Of a DNA stretch of 17,519 bases, positions 14,102 through 17,519 are shown piece after piece. The position numbers were made by a program, and so were the translations under genes. Location of the stretch: positions 1 to 17,519 of the IMG/VR virus record IMGVR_UViG_3300033121_001080; one strand, written 5' to 3'. This stretch comes from a virus. Its lineage: Duplodnaviria; Heunggongvirae; Uroviricota; Caudoviricetes. Below the pieces are notes generated by a model. The model ran no database searches. It saw only the letters and a program-made list of their open reading frames with translations, and had not been told where the DNA came from. Position 1 is the stretch's first letter; every line of letters begins with the position of its first letter.

Positions 14102-17100
14102 TTAGCTAGTTCCCAAAATTGGCCCTGTTGCATTATTTGTTGGAATTACTGGTACTGACGGCTGAACAGTCAACGAAGTATCCAAACTCTGCAATATTTC
14201 TACTGGAGCGCCACCGTCAATTGTCGTAGCCGAAGTTTGCAAACATCCAGAATATCTAGAACGTATGAATGCAGCATAATTTGGTCTAAAGAAGCGCCAA
14301 TGTTGAGGCAAATATCCCCGCACGACTGCGGCGCCGGTTGGAACGTTATTTGGATCAACAAGACTCAAATTTCCAGAAACAATCACTGCTTTCTTTAAAA
14401 CATTTTTTGTTGTGGATACATACGGTACTTTACCCCAATGTGCAGTATCAATATCTGGAGGTTGATTACTAATAAAATTATTAATCTTGGAATAATACCA
14501 ATTTGTTGGTGCAGGATCAACCATTGATAATATATTATCTTCTGATATAAGTTGATTTGTTATAAACGCACCACCTAAATATGATGAAGATACAGAATTT
14601 ACTTGTATTTGCATACTACAAGTTTCAAATGCAGATGTTAAATTTGATGATGATACCCAAAATATTCCATATAACAAGAATAAATTATTACTTAAATTAA
14701 TAACGTTTGCGTTTCTATTAAATATAGCAACACTTGATGTATAAGCAGTTTCATAACCTATACATGTTTGTTGATTTAAATTAATGGTATCAACTCTTGC
14801 CAGCATAGTATCTGGTATTGGTTTACCATTATATATGGTAGTAACAATAGTAAATTGTTTTGACGCTGGCATTCCATCAGCAAGAGGATCTGCTTTAAAC
14901 AAATATCCATAATTTACAAATCTATTTGGAGAAGCAACAATATATGCACTTGAGCTTGCAGGTGCCATAAATATAAAAAGTGGACTTGTTGTACTATTTG
15001 TTCTAATATAATTTAATAAAGTATTATTGTTATATTCCAATACTGTATTAGAACTGATATCAGTAAAATTATTAACCGTACTATATACAACTGATTGTGT
15101 TAACCATCCATTCGGATTAGAAATAACGAAATTTTTATATGTAGTTGACAATATATTCAAATCACCATTATATGTACGTGGGTATGATACCATATCAGCT
15201 TTGAAATATGTTGTGCCAGAATTCCAATGCAATAGGTTGTTGTAAATAGCATTTCTAATATAGGTTATTTCTGTAGTACCGATCAATCCACTTACGTCAG
15301 TAAAGTAAGTGCCCGCTCCAATATCCAATTCTGGATCAGAGTACGGCCCATAAATTGGTTCAACGTACAACGCACCAGAATAATATGAGTTAACGTAGAA
15401 TCTAGCAGTGTCCATAACACTAGAAATGTTAACATGAGAAATATTATCCAAATCTTGTGCATTGATAGATACTTGTTGAACAGCACCGATTGTGACCGAC
15501 AAATCAGTATCTTGTGCGGTAGCCATGATATTTTCAGTTGTATCCAATGTAGCAACTTCGTCAACAATGTCAGATACGACACCACCCACTTCAATACGAT
15601 CAATTTCAGTAGAATAATCTAGTGTTTCACCCAACACATTCGTTGGTTGATATGTGGCTGGTGTTGCTACCATATTCAAAATTTCGTCGTCTTCTCTCTT
15701 AACCGGAGTTAATGGTACACGCTTACGTTCTAGTGCGTGTGGCTCTATAACCACACCAGCTAGCAACTTAGCCTTCGCAGGAATCATCTGTTCTGCTTGC
15801 TCAAATACAGCATTAAACAAATTCTTTACATATGTCAAATAGTAGTTGATATTATAAGAATAAGCGTAATGACTCCAATAGAAATTATTGAGTGCATCAA
15901 GAGACGAATATGAAGATGAATACAAGTCTACCGGATCAATTTGTTGATGATAGTCAATTGGTCCCATACTTCTGTAGATGGAATCATTAATCGAATCAGT
16001 TATTGAAACATATAATCCAATATTGTTGTTTGCTTTTGTATCCGTTTCCAATAAAGTCTTAGGAGATACTATGCTTGTATTTTTTGATAATACCGGAACT
16101 GTTGATCCGCTAATATAAACCAATGTCGGTGGATCATTGACTATAATCTTATTAGAATCATATACGGACCCTCCAGCATTCGGAGATGGAAGCACGATAT
16201 GACGAGTAAATATTCTTGTATTATATGGATATGTTGCAATGTACGGAAAATTAAAAAGACTAGATGTTACTGGAAAAAATGTCGATCCAGTTACAGCAGA
16301 TGGAGCCTCGTTCTTTATAGGAACAGTTGTTCCGGAAACTGGAACTGGAATGTTAAATGAATGTCTTAGTCGTAACGATGCCGATGCCATTGTGTAATCA
16401 CTACCAAAATATGACCCCGGTGTTTTTGACCACGCATCAAATAATGTTTGAGTTAAATATTCACCAACAAATCTAACTTCATCAATATATCCATCAAACG
16501 ACGCAGTTGTTGCGGCGAATGTTGTTCCACCAATACTAAGACTGCCAGCATTCCAATAACTTTCTGATGGGGAGGTACACGTATTCGAAATATCAAATGT
16601 GGCATCATCCGCAACTTTTGAAAAATACATGGCTGAACCACGACCACTTTGCGCCGTTATACCTACATTATAAAATTCTTCTGCGACCCATTTGTTATAT
16701 GAACTTGAAAGTATCAAAATTGATCCGCTGACTAATTCCAATCTATAAAGAGAACCAGATTTATGAATGTTTACTAATAATTGATTATTAGGATATTCAT
16801 TAGCTTGTGTCTGTCCAAACAATCTAGTTTGTTGTGCAGAAGATGACATGAATGCTATTGACGGCGCAAATCTAAATTGAACTGTATTAGCAGATCCTAC
16901 AAATGGTGCTATATTTAATGTAAAATCCAAACGAGTTGAAGAAGAAACATATAATGCATATGTATTTTCTTCCTTGACTTCGTAGGAAGCTGATGGGTAA
17001 AAGAATGACGGTGTAGAAGATTCACGAACACGAAGGGACGTGCCCAAAATTCCATATGTGTTTAGTAATGACAATAATCCAGTCTTAGTTCCTTTGGATT

Positions 17101-17519
17101 TCATTAAGAAGATATGGTTATGTAAAAATCTCTTCCAAGTTTCCGCTGCTGCCTCTCTGTATACAGTTGTGGTTGACCCGGATACGTTTCCAATTGCGTA
17201 ATTGTATAGTGTTTGAAGCGTATATTGATTTGGTACATCAATACCCAAACCATTTGCAACATCCCATACCAAATCCATCGAAAGCCCATCAGTTGCAGAA
17301 TTTCCACGATCATAAATTGTTGTCATATTGTCAATATACAACTTGACAGTGTCAAACATATGACCAACTAAATCAAAGAATGTAAGATAGTCTACAGAAT
17401 CATCATCCAGTGTTATATATTCAGGAATATTATTTGTGAAACGATTCTTGTTTTGAGCATCATATTTTTCAGCGATAGCTACGATACTATTGTACCACGA
17501 CGATGCAGACGCAACAGTT
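14102..17519 (-). CDS. Very large baseplate wedge/tail protein, 3' part only (over 1139 aa; true start lies beyond the right edge)
   Basis: The frame stays open from 17359 to the window end (..TVASASSWYNSIVAIAEKYDAQNKNRFTNNIPEYITLDDDSVDYLTFFDLVGH-MFD..), so the track's Met is internal. Contains MKSKGTKTGLLSLLNTYGI (P2 gpI/wedge-like KGT helix) and a LamG/concanavalin-like signature SIGG..FDGYIDEVRF. Confidence 0.8.
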   Translation of the reverse strand, partial: TVASASSWYNSIVAIAEKYDAQNKNRFTNNIPEYITLDDDSVDYLTFFDLVGHMFDTVKLYIDNMTTIYDRGNSATDGLSMDLVWDVANGLGIDVPNQYTLQTLYNYAIGNVSGSTTTVYREAAAETWKRFLHNHIFLMKSKGTKTGLLSLLNTYGILGTSLRVRESSTPSFFYPSASYEVKEENTYALYVSSSTRLDFTLNIAPFVGSANTVQFRFAPSIAFMSSSAQQTRLFGQTQANEYPNNQLLVNIHKSGSLYRLELVSGSILILSSSYNKWVAEEFYNVGITAQSGRGSAMYFSKVADDATFDISNTCTSPSESYWNAGSLSIGGTTFAATTASFDGYIDEVRFVGEYLTQTLFDAWSKTPGSYFGSDYTMASASLRLRHSFNIPVPVSGTTVPIKNEAPSAVTGSTFFPVTSSLFNFPYIATYPYNTRIFTRHIVLPSPNAGGSVYDSNKIIVNDPPTLVYISGSTVPVLSKNTSIVSPKTLLETDTKANNNIGLYVSITDSINDSIYRSMGPIDYHQQIDPVDLYSSSYSSLDALNNFYWSHYAYSYNINYYLTYVKNLFNAVFEQAEQMIPAKAKLLAGVVIEPHALERKRVPLTPVKREDDEILNMVATPATYQPTNVLGETLDYSTEIDRIEVGGVVSDIVDEVATLDTTENIMATAQDTDLSVTIGAVQQVSINAQDLDNISHVNISSVMDTARFYVNSYYSGALYVEPIYGPYSDPELDIGAGTYFTDVSGLIGTTEITYIRNAIYNNLLHWNSGTTYFKADMVSYPRTYNGDLNILSTTYKNFVISNPNGWLTQSVVYSTVNNFTDISSNTVLEYNNNTLLNYIRTNSTTSPLFIFMAPASSSAYIVASPNRFVNYGYLFKADPLADGMPASKQFTIVTTIYNGKPIPDTMLARVDTINLNQQTCIGYETAYTSSVAIFNRNANVINLSNNLFLLYGIFWVSSSNLTSAFETCSMQIQVNSVSSSYLGGAFITNQLISEDNILSMVDPAPTNWYYSKINNFISNQPPDIDTAHWGKVPYVSTTKNVLKKAVIVSGNLSLVDPNNVPTGAAVVRGYLPQHWRFFRPNYAAFIRSRYSGCLQTSATTIDGGAPVEILQSLDTSLTVQPSVPVIPTNNATGPILGTS

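Larger units (their letters stand above)
1..17519 (-). other. Segment of a large tailed bacteriophage genome (virion structure plus DNA replication/recombination plus tRNA-processing genes)
   Basis: Dense co-oriented minus-strand ORFs; baseplate/tail-like proteins next to primase, resolvase, Mre11-Rad50 and a homing-endonuclease-like gene; bacterial SD sites and a sigma70-type promoter; no cellular housekeeping operon structure. Confidence 0.92.

Noticed and set aside
14093-14107. Short palindrome AGCTAAA-T-TTTAGCT over the stop of the giant gene, and similar 5-6 bp stems near 4206-4223 and 8288-8309
   Set aside because: A/T-rich, weak stems without U-tails; expected by chance at this base composition.
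9788-17313. Further overlapping ORFs (9788-10168, 10578-10997, 11437-11667, 12725-12922, 13360-13653, 15027-15245, 15292-15603, 15434-15622, 15654-15842, 16453-16647, 17104-17313)
   Set aside because: Fully nested in or antisense to supported genes, with the composition expected from reading a coding strand in the wrong frame.
17357-17359. ATG at 17359 given as the start of the 1085-aa ORF
   Set aside because: No SD, and the frame remains open and protein-like to the window edge; this is an internal Met of a longer gene.
2419-17519. Frequent S-x-S motifs (SGS, SAS, SSS) in the structural proteins, considered as possible glycosylation or repeat units
   Set aside because: No fixed period or DNA-level repeat; explained by the Ser/Gly/Thr-rich composition of beta-structured virion proteins. 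No modifying enzyme is visible in the window.
1-17519. CRISPR arrays, tRNA genes, introns, inteins and diversity-generating retroelement repeats
   Set aside because: Intergenic gaps are under 100 nt, no direct DNA repeats or cloverleaf patterns were seen, no intein-type C/S..HN boundaries interrupt the enzymes, and there is no reverse transcriptase. This was a visual scan only.

Overview
A 17.5 kb AT-rich segment of a large tailed (probably myovirus-type) bacteriophage genome. Every credible gene is on the minus strand, uses the standard code and mostly has a clear Shine-Dalgarno site. In transcription order (right to left): a very large baseplate/tail protein that runs off the right edge, three smaller tail/baseplate proteins, a 98-aa unknown, a free-standing PD-(D/E)XK endonuclease whose RBS is buried in a perfect 14-bp hairpin, a CCA-adding enzyme with HD domain, an Hjc-like resolvase, a DnaG-type primase, a single-chain Mre11/SbcD-Rad50/SbcC fusion, a further probable structural protein, a 760-aa fusion of an HxGH nucleotidyltransferase and an RNA-ligase-like domain, and the start of another gene at the left edge. 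The most striking unexplained signal is an ungapped ~40-aa module (LxxxIxNPxTxxxIxxxxALxYxxxHPxxxxA) appended three times to unrelated nucleotidyl-transfer domains in two genes 6 kb apart. These proteins also carry short leaders ending in L-x-E, like T4 prohead-protease sites. My inference is a tagged, possibly capsid-packaged and injected tRNA/nucleotide repair kit. No tRNA, rRNA or CRISPR array was recognised. All family assignments come from motif reading by eye, not from database searches.
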